A stretch of DNA of 46,405 bases from Rickettsiales bacterium (GCA_031256175.1 JAIRRC010000017.1:1-46405), one strand, 5' to 3'. Shown: positions 26,132-37,016, counted from the stretch's first letter. The notes: generated by a model from the sequence alone, not told the origin. Made by a program: numbers and translations.

Positions 26132-28383
26132 AAAAATTCCTGTCGATATTTTCATTGTTGTTCATCACGGCTTCGCACGCCGAAGTGATAAGCAAAATCG
26201 TCGTGTCCGGCAACAAGCGCATAGATACGGAATCTGTGGTGCTGATGACGGGCGCGAAACCTGGCGACAATATAACGCCCGCGCGCTTGAACCAGATAAC
26301 CAAATCCTTGCAGAAAAGCGGATATTTCGAGGAAGTGTCAAGCACCATCTCGGGCGGCGCGCTGAAAGTCGCGGTCGCGGAAACGCCGGTCGTGGGCCGC
26401 ATAACGATAGAAGGCAACGACGAAATATCCACCGAAGACCTGAAAAAGGAAATCCGCCTGACCGAGCGCAACCCGTTTGGGGTGGCGACGATAGGCGCGG
26501 ACACGCAGCGGATATTGACGCTCTACCAGCGGCACGGGTTTTTCGATACCAAGGTCGAGCCGCAAAAAATAATAACGGACAACGGCCGCGTGGACATCGT
26601 GTATCAGATAACCGAAGGCCACAAAACCCGGATACGCGACATAGACTTCGAAGGCAACAAAGCGTTCGGCAACCGCACGCTTCGCGGCGTTGTTATGTCG
26701 CGCGAATACGCCTGGTGGAAATTCATGGCCAGCTTCGATTCATACGACGCGGACCGGATAGACTACGATATGCAGCTGCTGCGCCAGTTCTATCTGAAGA
26801 ACGGCTACGCCGACGTGCAGGTGTCGCGCGTCTACGGGCGCTTGTCCGCCGACCGCCGCGATTATTCGGTGAAGTTCAAAATCGTGGAAGGCCCGCGCTT
26901 CAAATTCGGCGCCGTCGATATAGAGAATCCGTTCCCGGATGTCGAGATGTCGGACCTGAAGCGCGGCATCCTGTTCGAACCCGGCGACATATACAATCTG
27001 GAATTGGTGGAAAACACCATGTCGAAATTGCGGCAGATAGTCGCGGATAAAGGCTATGCGTTCATAAATATAGATATAGACCATAAGAAGCACGACGATT
27101 CGCTGACGATAGACCTTGCGTTCAAAATCAAGAAATCGCCGCGCATGTATCTGAACGACATTGTCATTTCCGGCAATTCGCGGACATTCGACTTCGTGGT
27201 CAACAGACACCTTATGATGAAGCCCAAAGACCCGTTTTCGCTTCAAACGATAGAGCAGTCGCGCCAGCGCCTGATGCGGACGGGCTATTTCAAATCGGTG
27301 GATATGGCGCCGACCAGAATCGAAGATTCGAACCTGATGAACCTTAATGTCAATGTCCAGGAACAGCCGACTGGCGAATTGTCGGGCGGCCTTGGCTGGT
27401 CGAATATCAACGGCTTCATGATTGACGCCGGAATTACCGAGCGGAACTTCATGGGCCGCGGCCAGATAGTCGCGATAAAGGCCCAGGCGGCGCAGTATCA
27501 GGACATGATTTCGTTCAGCTTTACCGAGCCTTATCTGTGGAAGCGCGCATTAAGCGGCGGCTTCGACGTGAATTATGTCGTGTATGATTATAAGAATTTG
27601 GGCTCTTACGGATATAACCGCGATACGGCGGGAATCACGGGGCGCCTTGGATGGCTGCTTACGGACAATTGGACGCAGCAGTTGCGCTTGTCCGGAATGT
27701 GGGACCATATCCAGGACTTGGAGGCGAAAAGCTACGACACCTCGCTATACACGTTGGGCAGCACCCTGCGCTATTCGAACCTGAATACGGACTTCCAGCA
27801 GAACACGCATACGGGCCTGGTCGGGACATTGTCGCTGGCCTATACCGGCTTCGGCGGCACGGAAACATTCGTGCGCGGCGATTCTTCGATAACGGGCATG
27901 GTGAATTTCTTGGAGAACAGATGGCAGTTGAAGTCCGGCCTGGACGCCGGCTACCTGTATCCCTTGCAGGACGATTATATCGCGCGCCCGTATCGATATT
28001 TCCTTGGGGGCGAAACCCTGCGCGGCTTCGACAACGCGGGCGTTGGAAGCCGGAATTGGATGAACAGGAACTACGCCTACGGCGGCTTGTGGAAAGTGAA
28101 CGGCTCGACGCAGCTGAACTTTCCGATATTCATTCCGGACGAATACCAGGTGAAGGGATTCGTGTTCGCGGATTACGGAGTGCTGGGGAAACCGCCGGCA
28201 AGGGATGAAAAGTTTTTGGGCCAGCCGAATTTGACGGATGAAGACTTGCGCGCGTCATACGGATTCGGAATCTATTGGAATACTCCGATGGGCCCGATGA
28301 ATTTCAGCTGGGGCTATCCGTTCTTGCGGAAACATTACGACCGCGAGCGCCGGTTCCTATTATCATTTGAAACGCAATTTTAA
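26128..28383 (+). CDS. bamA: Outer-membrane assembly factor BamA
   Basis: Signal peptide from ATG 26128, POTRA repeats (GNKRI, GN..T), LRGF motif, C-terminal Phe. Confidence 0.96.
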   Translation: MKKFLSIFSLLFITASHAEVISKIVVSGNKRIDTESVVLMTGAKPGDNITPARLNQITKSLQKSGYFEEVSSTISGGALKVAVAETPVVGRITIEGNDEISTEDLKKEIRLTERNPFGVATIGADTQRILTLYQRHGFFDTKVEPQKIITDNGRVDIVYQITEGHKTRIRDIDFEGNKAFGNRTLRGVVMSREYAWWKFMASFDSYDADRIDYDMQLLRQFYLKNGYADVQVSRVYGRLSADRRDYSVKFKIVEGPRFKFGAVDIENPFPDVEMSDLKRGILFEPGDIYNLELVENTMSKLRQIVADKGYAFINIDIDHKKHDDSLTIDLAFKIKKSPRMYLNDIVISGNSRTFDFVVNRHLMMKPKDPFSLQTIEQSRQRLMRTGYFKSVDMAPTRIEDSNLMNLNVNVQEQPTGELSGGLGWSNINGFMIDAGITERNFMGRGQIVAIKAQAAQYQDMISFSFTEPYLWKRALSGGFDVNYVVYDYKNLGSYGYNRDTAGITGRLGWLLTDNWTQQLRLSGMWDHIQDLEAKSYDTSLYTLGSTLRYSNLNTDFQQNTHTGLVGTLSLAYTGFGGTETFVRGDSSITGMVNFLENRWQLKSGLDAGYLYPLQDDYIARPYRYFLGGETLRGFDNAGVGSRNWMNRNYAYGGLWKVNGSTQLNFPIFIPDEYQVKGFVFADYGVLGKPPARDEKFLGQPNLTDEDLRASYGFGIYWNTPMGPMNFSWGYPFLRKHYDRERRFLLSFETQF

Positions 28384-28392
28384 GAGGGAAAC

Positions 28393-29715
28393 ATGAGAAT
28401 CGAAAACCTGTTTATCAAACGCGAAAAGGAATTGCCAAGCGACGCCACGACCAGCGGCCATAAATTGAGTTTGCGCGGCGGTTTCGTGCACCAGACGGCG
28501 GCGGGGATATATACGTATTCGTCAATCGGCTGGGCGGCCGTGCAGAATATCTCGAATATCATAAGGGACGAAATGAACAAGGTCGGCGCGCAGGAAATCT
28601 TCATGCCCGTGCTTTCGCCGGCGTCGTTGTGGAAGGAAACGAACCGCGAAAACATCGACGTGCTTCTGAAATTCAAAAACCGCAGCGGCCAGGAATTGGC
28701 CTTGAACCCTACGCACGAGGAAATCGTGGTGGATTACGCGCGCTCGGCCCTGCAAAGCTATAAGCAGCTTCCCTTCGCGCTTTACCAGATACAGGACAAA
28801 TACCGGGACGAAGCGCGCGCGCGCGCGGGGATAATGCGCGGCCGCGAATTCCTGATGAAGGACGCGTATTCCTTCCACGCGACCGAAGCGGATTTGGACG
28901 AAACATACGCGAAAATCCTGGAAGCGTATAAAAGAATATTCAAACGCATAGGCCTTGATAATGTTATAGACGTGCTGGCGCCCGGCGGCGATATGAGCAG
29001 CCGGTTCTCGCACGAATTCCAATGGCTGAACGAAACTGGCGAAGACATTATCTACATCTGTGAAAATAACAACTCCCCCCTTGCGGGGGAGTCGCAGAGC
29101 GCGAAGCGCGATGCGGTGGGGGGACAAGGCGATTGCACCTACCGCTCCAACAAAGAAATCCTGACGAACGGCGACAAAGACGCCGAAGACGTTCTCGTCT
29201 GCCCGAAATGCGGCGGGAAGTTGACGGCGCACCGCGCGGTTGAAGTCGGAAATATATTCCGTCTGGGCGACAAATACTCTCGCCCGATGAAATTGGAATA
29301 TACGGACGAAACCGGCGCGCGGAAAAATCCGGTTATGGGCTGCTACGGCATAGGCGTCAGCCGGTGCCTCGGCGCATTGTTCGAACAATCCGGCAGCGAC
29401 TCCAAGGCGGTATTCAACCTGGAAACCGCCCCCTATAAAGTCCACATAATAACGCTGGGCGCAGACGAATCCGCCCGCAAGGAAGCGGAAAAACTTTACA
29501 CGGAATTGACTAAGGCCGGCGTCGCGACGATTATCGACGCGACGGACGACAGGGCTGGCAGCAAATTCGCGAACGCGGACTTGCTCGGCGCGCCGATAAG
29601 GATAATCTCGTCGGATAAGAATATCGCGAACGGCAGCTTCGAAATAAAATCGGACCTTTTGCCCGCCGCTTTACCAATCGCAGACGCCTTCAAAAAAATC
29701 ATCGCCATTATTTGA
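28393..29715 (+). CDS. proS: Proline--tRNA ligase (no editing domain)
   Basis: PTHEE, KYRDE.R.R.G.MRGREFLMKDAYSFH, EVGNIF, MGCYGIGVSR. Confidence 0.96.
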   Translation: MRIENLFIKREKELPSDATTSGHKLSLRGGFVHQTAAGIYTYSSIGWAAVQNISNIIRDEMNKVGAQEIFMPVLSPASLWKETNRENIDVLLKFKNRSGQELALNPTHEEIVVDYARSALQSYKQLPFALYQIQDKYRDEARARAGIMRGREFLMKDAYSFHATEADLDETYAKILEAYKRIFKRIGLDNVIDVLAPGGDMSSRFSHEFQWLNETGEDIIYICENNNSPLAGESQSAKRDAVGGQGDCTYRSNKEILTNGDKDAEDVLVCPKCGGKLTAHRAVEVGNIFRLGDKYSRPMKLEYTDETGARKNPVMGCYGIGVSRCLGALFEQSGSDSKAVFNLETAPYKVHIITLGADESARKEAEKLYTELTKAGVATIIDATDDRAGSKFANADLLGAPIRIISSDKNIANGSFEIKSDLLPAALPIADAFKKIIAII

Positions 29716-29795
29716 TAATTAACTCCACCCTTGTGGGGGAGTCTGAATTTACGAAGTAAATTCAGGTGGGGGGGTCAAATAATTTATCTTTATCA

Positions 29796-29823
29796 TTGAC
29801 AAACGTCTATTTTCATCTAAAAT
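29796..29823 (+). promoter_or_regulatory. Sigma70-like promoter
   Basis: TTGACA-16nt-TAAAAT upstream of 29849. Confidence 0.55.
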
Positions 29824-29848
29824 CAAATCCTAATCAAAAGGATTTACG

Positions 29849-31039
29849 ATGAGCATATTCGGCGTCCAAACCTTCGGAATCAAAACCCCCTTAATCCACG
29901 ACAACGACAACCTGGTCGAAATCATAAAGCAAACCATGCTGGACGCGATGCGCGAAGGCTTCTCGATGCAGAACGGCGACGTGCTTTGCATAACCGAATC
30001 CGTAGTCGCGCGCAGCCAGGGCAATTACGCGACGCGGGGCCAAATAGTGTCGGACTTGCAGTCGAAATTCGACACGGACCACCTTGGCGTGGTGTTCCCG
30101 ATAATGTCGCGCAACCGGTTCGCGGAAATTTTGCGCGCCATATCTGCGGGCTTCGACCAGATAACATTGCAAATGTCGTATCCGTCGGACGAAGTCGGCA
30201 ACCATTTGGTCAAGCCGGAGCAGATTATGTCCGCAAGGGTGAACCCGAGCGCGGATAACTTCGCAAGCTGGGAGTTTCAAAAAATATTCGGCGAAACGAA
30301 GCACGAATTCACGGGCGTCGATTATATCAAATACTACCTTAATCCGAACAGCGACATCGAAGGCGCGCCTGCGATAAACAATATACATATAGTGCTAAGC
30401 AACGACCCGACATATATCCTGCGGCATACGCCATACGTTTTGGCGGCGGACATACACTCGCGCCATCGCACGAAGAAAGCCATAGCGGACACGAACAAGG
30501 CCGAAGAAATTTTGGGCCTGGACGAAATCATGAACGAACCCGGCAAGGGCGGATATAATCCGGATTACGGGCTTTTGGGCTCGAACTTGGCGACTCCGGG
30601 GAAATTGAAATTGTTCCCGCGCGATTGCAAGGCGCTCGCGCAGGCGGTCCAGAGATGGGCGAAGGAAACCTTCGGCATAGACATCGAAGTCATGGTCTAT
30701 GGCGACGGCGCGTTCAAAGACCCTGTCGGCAAGATTTGGGAATTGGCGGACCCTGTCGTGTCGCCTGGATTTACCGACGGCCTTGAAGGCACGCCGAACG
30801 AAGTCAAATTGAAATACCAGATAGACAGCATGGACGCGTCGGGCAAATCGCGCGCGGACGGCGAAGCGTCGATAAAGGAAATGATTTCCGCGAAAAATAA
30901 AACGCATCAGCTTGGCACGACTCCGCGCCAATACACCGACTTGCTGGGCAGCCTTGCGGACTTGTGCAGCGGCAGCGGCGACAAGGGCACGCCCTTGGTG
31001 CTGGTCAGAAACTACTTCGACAATTACTATTCGCGTTAA
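29849..31039 (+). CDS. Coenzyme F420-0:L-glutamate ligase-like (CofE family) protein
   Basis: ITESVVARSQGN, SRNRF, SYPSDEVGN, KLFPR, YGDGAFKDP.GKIWELADP, GSGDKGTP. Confidence 0.8.
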   Translation: MSIFGVQTFGIKTPLIHDNDNLVEIIKQTMLDAMREGFSMQNGDVLCITESVVARSQGNYATRGQIVSDLQSKFDTDHLGVVFPIMSRNRFAEILRAISAGFDQITLQMSYPSDEVGNHLVKPEQIMSARVNPSADNFASWEFQKIFGETKHEFTGVDYIKYYLNPNSDIEGAPAINNIHIVLSNDPTYILRHTPYVLAADIHSRHRTKKAIADTNKAEEILGLDEIMNEPGKGGYNPDYGLLGSNLATPGKLKLFPRDCKALAQAVQRWAKETFGIDIEVMVYGDGAFKDPVGKIWELADPVVSPGFTDGLEGTPNEVKLKYQIDSMDASGKSRADGEASIKEMISAKNKTHQLGTTPRQYTDLLGSLADLCSGSGDKGTPLVLVRNYFDNYYSR

Positions 31040-31048
31040 GGAGCCGAT

Positions 31049-32188
31049 ATGAACATAATCCATACCTACTCGTATAAACTCAGGAAGATTTTCAATAATA
31101 AAATCCATTCTGGCGCGTCGTTCGACGATTATTTGATTCGCCCGGGGTTCGCGGAATTGACGCCGAACGAAACCTCGATAGAGGCCGCGCTCTGGAACAA
31201 TTACGGCACCGACCTAAGCTTGCAGCTTCCGATTTTCTCGGCGGCGATGGATACGATAAGCGAAAGCGCGATGGGCGTGGCGATGTCGGAAAGCGGCGGC
31301 ATCGCGGTGATACATAAGAATTTGACTCCGGAAAAGCAGGCTGCGGAAGTGAAAATCGTGAAGGACGCGGGCGGCATTGTCGCGGCGGCGGTTGGCGTGA
31401 AAGCCAGCGAAATGGAGCGGGCCGAGAAACTGATTGTCGCGGGCGCGGACGTATTGGTCATAGACTCGTCGCATGGACACTCGAAAAACGTGGGCAATAT
31501 GGTGAAAGAGCTGCGCCGCGCATATCCCGGGCTTTTCCTGGTTGCGGGCAACGTGGCGACGGGCGAAGGCGCGCTGTATCTCGAAGATTGCGGCGCAAGC
31601 GCGGTGAAGGTCGGCATAGGGCCGGGCAGCATATGCACGACGCGCGTGGTAAGCGGTTGCGGCGTGCCGCAGCTGTATGCGATATACGACGTGTCGTTGG
31701 CATTGAACAAGCGCGTGCCGATTATAGCGGACGGCGGGATAAAGGAATCCGGCGACATGGTGAAGGCTTTGGCGGTTGGCGCGGACGCGGTTATGATTGG
31801 GAATATGCTCTCCGGCACGGACGAAACGCCGGGCGAAGTGAAAATAGACGCGAATAAAAGGCCTTATAAGGAATACCGCGGGATGGGTTCGATAGCGGCG
31901 ATGAAGCGCGGTTCGAAGGACAGATACTTCCAGGACAATGTGAACGACGACAAGAAATTCGTGCCCGAAGGGATAGAGTCTGTGGTGCCGTGCAAAGGCT
32001 CTGCGAAAGATTTGTTGTATAAAATGGGCGGCGGTCTTCGCGTGGGACTTGGGCTTTCGGGCTCGGAAAATATATCAGAGTTGAAGAAAAGGAAAATTTA
32101 CAAAATCACGAAAGCGAGCGTGGTGGAAAGCCGCCCGCATAGCGTGCAGGAAAAAGTGCAACAGGAACAAAACCAACACTCCCATTAA
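31049..32188 (+). CDS. guaB: IMP dehydrogenase (lacking CBS domains)
   Basis: SAAMDT, IDSSHGHS, KVGIGPGSICTTR, IIADGGI, YRGMGS. Confidence 0.93.
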   Translation: MNIIHTYSYKLRKIFNNKIHSGASFDDYLIRPGFAELTPNETSIEAALWNNYGTDLSLQLPIFSAAMDTISESAMGVAMSESGGIAVIHKNLTPEKQAAEVKIVKDAGGIVAAAVGVKASEMERAEKLIVAGADVLVIDSSHGHSKNVGNMVKELRRAYPGLFLVAGNVATGEGALYLEDCGASAVKVGIGPGSICTTRVVSGCGVPQLYAIYDVSLALNKRVPIIADGGIKESGDMVKALAVGADAVMIGNMLSGTDETPGEVKIDANKRPYKEYRGMGSIAAMKRGSKDRYFQDNVNDDKKFVPEGIESVVPCKGSAKDLLYKMGGGLRVGLGLSGSENISELKKRKIYKITKASVVESRPHSVQEKVQQEQNQHSH

Positions 32189-32349
32189 ATAAAAATGTCA
32201 TCCCCGCATAAAGTTCCCCTCCTGTGGAGGAGTCGCCGAAGGCGGGGTGGTCCTTGTCATCCCTTTCACTCTATCGTCATGCTGGCGCATGCCAGCATCC
32301 AGTAATAAACCCCGCGTTAGCGGGTAATAAACTCCAAAAATTTTTGTCC

Positions 32350-32793
32350 TTATATCTTCAAACTCGGATTGCTCTTCTGCAACCGGCCAAGCGCCTCGCC
32401 CTGAGCCTTCGCGAACTCGGCGGGATTCCAAACCTGGAAACTATTTCCGCGGCCGACGAAAACGGCATCCCCGGAAATCCCCGCGTGTTTAAGCAAATCT
32501 TCCGGAATGACCACACGGCCCGACACGTCGAATTGAAGCGGCCGCGCATCGGCGAAAAGCATGGCGGTAAGGTCGTCCTGCGTCTTGTCGAAAGCGCCCA
32601 ATTGGTCTGTCGCGGCGGCCATCTTCTCCATTCGGTCCATGGAAAAACCTTCGATGCACTTGGCCGTGAAGGAACGGAACAGCACAACGCCGCCGAAATT
32701 TTCCGCGTGGGCGGCGGCGCGAAAAACCGCCGGAACGGAAATCCGCCCCTTCGCATCAATACTATTTTTGAAAGACGATAAAAACAACGCCAT
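32350..32793 (-). CDS. mraZ: Division/cell-wall cluster regulator MraZ
   Basis: IDAKGRISVPA.FR and D..GRV.IP repeats. Confidence 0.92.
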   Translation of the reverse strand: MALFLSSFKNSIDAKGRISVPAVFRAAAHAENFGGVVLFRSFTAKCIEGFSMDRMEKMAAATDQLGAFDKTQDDLTAMLFADARPLQFDVSGRVVIPEDLLKHAGISGDAVFVGRGNSFQVWNPAEFAKAQGEALGRLQKSNPSLKI

Positions 32794-32999
32794 TCTTTCC
32801 TCTGCTAACTCCCAACATATTACATTCTCCTTTTCATGCCTGTCAATGACAATTTTATGTTATTTTACGGAATTCCATGCCATAAGCCAGTCAAAAACCG
32901 CCAATTATAGAAAATATTAAATAAAATTGATTTTTTTACTTGACCCCCCGATTCGTTTTTTTATATGATTCGGTTAAGGAAACAAAAAACGGGGGAAAA

Positions 33000-33320
33000 A
33001 TGACACAAAACTTAGTCCAAATAATGACCGCGCTCGACCAGGTTCTTGCCAGCGTTGCATGGCTTGGCTCGGACGGCAAAATCGACAGCCTGAAAGGGCG
33101 CCTTCAAAACGGCACGGCGGACAGCCTGGATAAGCTGCCGCGCGACGCATTGACCGGCGCTTATATCGCGCTTCAAATCAAATGTGACAATTTCGAGCCT
33201 GCGGTCGAAGCGCTTAACGACGACGAGCTTGCGGTCAGGGTGAAAGCGATGGTCTTTTCGGAAGCGAAGAGGATACTGGATATGAAGCCGGCCGCGAAGA
33301 AAGACGCGCGCGCCGCCTAA
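33000..33320 (+). CDS. Hypothetical protein
   Basis: 106 aa from ATG 33000 with GGGGGA RBS; upstream TTGACC-18-TATGAT; downstream terminator. Confidence 0.65.
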   Translation: MTQNLVQIMTALDQVLASVAWLGSDGKIDSLKGRLQNGTADSLDKLPRDALTGAYIALQIKCDNFEPAVEALNDDELAVRVKAMVFSEAKRILDMKPAAKKDARAA

Positions 33321-33347
33321 AAGTTTCCCAAGCGGGAAGGAAGGGAG

Positions 33348-33380
33348 AACGCCCCGGACCAAAAATCCCGGGCGTTTTTA
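33348..33380 (+). terminator. Intrinsic terminator
   Basis: AACGCCC(C)GG...CCGGGCGTT imperfect stem followed by T tract. Confidence 0.55.
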
Positions 33381-33425
33381 TTTATATTGAAAATCCCGCA
33401 TATATGATTTATAAATTCAGAACGT

Positions 33426-33502
33426 CGGGGCATAGCTCAGCCTGGTAGAGTGCTTGCATGGGGTGCAAGAGGTCGCACGTTCGAACCGTGTTGCCCCGAC
33501 CA
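33426..33502 (+). tRNA. tRNA-Pro (GGG)
   Basis: CGGGGCA acceptor stem, anticodon arm CTTGC-ATGGGGT-GCAAG, GTTCGAA T-loop, encoded CCA. Confidence 0.96.
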
Positions 33503-33522
33503 AAAAATTAAGCCGCCGGAAT

Positions 33523-34605
33523 ATGATTGCCTCTCTAACCCTAACCAACTTCCGCAACCATAAATCGACCCGGATAAAAACCATGGGCGCGAAGCATATC
33601 GTCCTGTTCGGCGCCAACGGCAGCGGCAAAACAAACATCATCGAGGCGATTTCCCTGCTGGCGCCCGGCGCCGGGCTTCGCCGGGCCGAGCTTTCCGATT
33701 TCCAAACCTTCGAATCCGGCGCGGGCTTCGGCGTGCACGCGGAATTGGAATCGGGCGACACCGCCGCGACCGCCGCGGCAATCGACGCGCCGCGCCGCGC
33801 GATAAAAATCAACGGCCAAGACTCGTCTCTGGCCGAACTTTTGAAAATAATAAAGCCCGTCTGGATAACGCCGCGCGAAGACGGATTGTTTTATGGCGGC
33901 GCGTCCGACCGCCGCGCGTTTTTCGACCATCTGATTGCGGGATTTTCGCCATCGCACGCGGGGCGCGTAAGCCGCCTGGCGAAATTGACGGCGGAACGCG
34001 CGGCCGCGCTGCGCGGCGGCGCGGAAGACGGCTGGCTGTCCGCGATAGAGGAAAACCTTATGCAAACCGCGTCCAGCGTCGCGGCCGAGCGCGTGAAATA
34101 CTGCGCGGAACTCAATCATTTTTTTGGCGCTGAATCGGGCTTTGGGAAAAACGCGCTCGCCCCCTCGGGCTGGCTTGAAGACAGAATAGCCGCGGGCGAG
34201 CCGATTTCGAAAATCGAAACGGATTATGCGCGGTATCTTTCGGAAAACCGCATATTGGTCGCGGACCGCCAGATTATGGACGGCCCGCACAAATCGGATT
34301 TCAAGGTGCTAAGCGTCGATATGAACCGCCCGGCGCACCTATGCTCGACGGGCCAGCAGAAAATGATTCTGTTGTCACTGGCGCTTTCGCACGCGCGCCT
34401 GATAGCGGCGATTTTCGGCGCGGCGCCGGTTATATTGCTGGACGAGGTGGCGGCGCATCTGGACAAGGACACGCGCGCGAAGCTGCTGGCGGAATTCGCG
34501 AAAATCGAAGCGCAAATATGGATGACCGGCACGTCGGCGTCAAGCTTCGGGGGATTGCCCGGCGCGGCGTTCATAGAAATCGGAAACGGCAGGGTGATGG
34601 AATGA
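33523..34605 (+). CDS. recF: DNA replication/repair protein RecF
   Basis: NFRN, GANGSGKTN, GPHKSD, STGQQK, LLDEVAAHLD; start ATG 33523 after the tRNA. Confidence 0.94.
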   Translation: MIASLTLTNFRNHKSTRIKTMGAKHIVLFGANGSGKTNIIEAISLLAPGAGLRRAELSDFQTFESGAGFGVHAELESGDTAATAAAIDAPRRAIKINGQDSSLAELLKIIKPVWITPREDGLFYGGASDRRAFFDHLIAGFSPSHAGRVSRLAKLTAERAAALRGGAEDGWLSAIEENLMQTASSVAAERVKYCAELNHFFGAESGFGKNALAPSGWLEDRIAAGEPISKIETDYARYLSENRILVADRQIMDGPHKSDFKVLSVDMNRPAHLCSTGQQKMILLSLALSHARLIAAIFGAAPVILLDEVAAHLDKDTRAKLLAEFAKIEAQIWMTGTSASSFGGLPGAAFIEIGNGRVME

Positions 34606-35090
34606 CGAAGCGCATAATCGGAATCGACCCGGGGCTTGTGCACACCGGCTGGGCTATTATAGAGGCGGCGGGCAATCAGCGGAAATATATCGCGTCCGGC
34701 GTTATATTGCCCAAGACAAGCGCGCCATTGCCGGAACGCCTGCTGGCGATTTTCGACGGCTTGCAGAAAATCGCGGCGGAATTTGGTCCGACCGAAGCCG
34801 CGATAGAAATAACCTTTGTAAGCAAGAACCCGATGACCAGCCTGCTGCTGGGCCACGCGCGCGGAACGGCGATAGCGGCGCTGGGCAAAGCGGGGCTTCG
34901 CGTGGCGGAATACGACCCGACGAAAATAAAGAAGGCGGTGGTCGGCACGGGCCGCGGCGACAAGGACCAAGTGGCGAAAATGGTGTCGCTTCTAATGCCC
35001 GGGGCCAAGCCGAAAACTTCGGACGAGGCGGACGCGATAGCAATCGCATTGACACACGCGAACACATCGGATATATTGACCAGATGTTGA
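34602..35090 (+). CDS. ruvC: Holliday junction resolvase
   Basis: IIGIDPGL..TGW, LGHARG, KKAVVG.G..DK.QV, DEADA. Confidence 0.96.
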   Translation: MTKRIIGIDPGLVHTGWAIIEAAGNQRKYIASGVILPKTSAPLPERLLAIFDGLQKIAAEFGPTEAAIEITFVSKNPMTSLLLGHARGTAIAALGKAGLRVAEYDPTKIKKAVVGTGRGDKDQVAKMVSLLMPGAKPKTSDEADAIAIALTHANTSDILTRC

Positions 35091-35593
35091 AAAAACTATT
35101 GCTGATTTTGGGAATCATAATCGCGGACCAAGCGTCGAAAGGCTGCCTTCTTTTCCTGCTGACGGGCGGCGTGCCGCTATATGGAAAATTTTACGAGCTT
35201 GTGCCGTATCCGGTCATGTTCGCGCAGATTGCAAGCTTCTTCAACCTGGTATTTACATGGAATCCGGGGACAAGCTTTTCGATGTTGCAGAACGTTGGCG
35301 CCGCGGCGCCGCTTGTCGTCATATTCGCGACGGGAATCATCATCGGCTACTTGGGCCACCGGCTGTTTTTCGTCCGGCCAAGCAATCTGGAAAACTTCGC
35401 GCTTACATTGATAGTCGGCGGCGCATTGGGCAATCTGATAGACCGGCTAAGGTTCGGCGCGGTCGTGGACTTTTTGGATTTTCATGCGGGCGCATTGCAT
35501 TGGCCTGCGTTCAATTTCGCGGATATAAGCATATCCGTCGGAATAATGGTTTACATCTACGCATTGGTAAAAGGATACAGGAATGGAAAATAA
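35084..35593 (+). CDS. lspA: Signal peptidase II
   Basis: DQASK, WNPG.SF, GGALGNLIDR, VVDF, FNFAD. Confidence 0.95.
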   Translation: MLKKLLLILGIIIADQASKGCLLFLLTGGVPLYGKFYELVPYPVMFAQIASFFNLVFTWNPGTSFSMLQNVGAAAPLVVIFATGIIIGYLGHRLFFVRPSNLENFALTLIVGGALGNLIDRLRFGAVVDFLDFHAGALHWPAFNFADISISVGIMVYIYALVKGYRNGK

Positions 35594-37016
35594 AAAACCT
35601 AAATATATAGAGCTTGCGTTCCTGCTGGCGATATTCCTTGGAATAAACTACCTGATTCTGTCGTGGCTTTCCCCGTCCCACCATGTCATTCCAGCGAAAG
35701 CTGGAATCCAGGTAATAAATCCCGCGCCAGCGGGTATGCCCGAAACAATCGCATCGAAAGAAATCTCGCTCACATCGTCCGGCAATAGAATCTCGAACAT
35801 CAAACTCTTGAATTACCAGCCTGTCGAGCTTCTGGCCAATCCCGGCGAATTCATAGAGTTCGGAATAATAGGCGGCGGCGACTTTACGAAAACGATAACG
35901 ATTTCGGATAACTATATAATAAACGTCGCGATAAAAGCGAAGAACGCGAACGCGGTCCCATACGCGCGCATCACCCGCGGCGAAGGCAAGAAACCCGGCA
36001 TGATGTTGGCTGCGTCAAGCGGCGGAATCGCGGGCGCGAACGGAAAGATAGAGCGCGAAAGCTGGTCGGATATGAAGGACAAAGGCGTGGTGTTCGAAAG
36101 CGCCGCGGACGGGTTCGCCGGCTTCGAGGACCAGTATTGGCAAACGATAGTCCAAGCGTCCGCGCCCTCGACCATCAGAATGAAAAACATCGGCGACGAC
36201 CGGTTCCAAGCGGACATCTCGGCCGCGAACGCCGGGTCGGAATCCGCCTTCCGCATATTCGCGGGGCCCAAATCGCAAAAAATCCTGAACGCCGCGGACG
36301 CCCAAATGCCGGGCGTTGGGCGGACGATAGATTACGGCTGGTTCTCGTTTTTATCGCGGCCGTTCCTGTGGGCGTTGACGGCGCTTCACGACCTGGTCGG
36401 GAATTACGGCCTGGCGATAATAATCCTTACCTTGATTCTAAGGACATTGATGATTCCTCTGACGCGCAAGTCGTATCAGTCGATGGCGGCGATGCAGAAA
36501 ATGCAGCCTGAAATGCAGCGGATACAGAAATTGTATAAGGACGACCGGGCGCGGTTGCAGCAGGAAATGATGTCGCTGTATTCGAAAACGAAAGCGAACC
36601 CGATGTCGGGCTGCTTGCCGATGCTGCTGCAAATCCCGATATTCTTCGCATTGTATAAAGCGCTTATAATCGCGGTTGAAATGCGCAGCTCGGGTTTCTT
36701 GTGGATAAGCGACTTGGCCGCTGCGGACCCGACGAACGTTTTGAATCTTTTCGGACTTCTGCCATACGCGCCGCCAAGCTGGCTGCCGGCGATTGGAATC
36801 TTGCCGATACTGATGGGCGCGTCGATGTGGCTTCAAATGCGGCTGTCGTCGAATGCAAGCGGCGCAACAATGCCTGGGATGGGCTTCATGAAATGGATAC
36901 CACTGGTGTTCGTGGTTCTGTTCGCGGGGCTTCCCGCGGGCTTGGTGCTGTATTGGACAATATCGAATTTGTTCGGCATAGCGCAGCAGTATTATATAAA
37001 GAGAACATTGCGCTGA
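35583..37016 (+). CDS. yidC: Membrane protein insertase
   Basis: FAGPK, IDYGWF, GNYGLAII, NPMSGCLP.L.Q.PIF, GLVLYW..SN..QQ. Confidence 0.96.
   Translation: MENKKPKYIELAFLLAIFLGINYLILSWLSPSHHVIPAKAGIQVINPAPAGMPETIASKEISLTSSGNRISNIKLLNYQPVELLANPGEFIEFGIIGGGDFTKTITISDNYIINVAIKAKNANAVPYARITRGEGKKPGMMLAASSGGIAGANGKIERESWSDMKDKGVVFESAADGFAGFEDQYWQTIVQASAPSTIRMKNIGDDRFQADISAANAGSESAFRIFAGPKSQKILNAADAQMPGVGRTIDYGWFSFLSRPFLWALTALHDLVGNYGLAIIILTLILRTLMIPLTRKSYQSMAAMQKMQPEMQRIQKLYKDDRARLQQEMMSLYSKTKANPMSGCLPMLLQIPIFFALYKALIIAVEMRSSGFLWISDLAAADPTNVLNLFGLLPYAPPSWLPAIGILPILMGASMWLQMRLSSNASGATMPGMGFMKWIPLVFVVLFAGLPAGLVLYWTISNLFGIAQQYYIKRTLR

Noticed and set aside
33426..33502. tRNA-Pro as integration site for the DGR or phage genes
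   Set aside because: No duplicated tRNA 3' end noticed in the window, and recF follows directly
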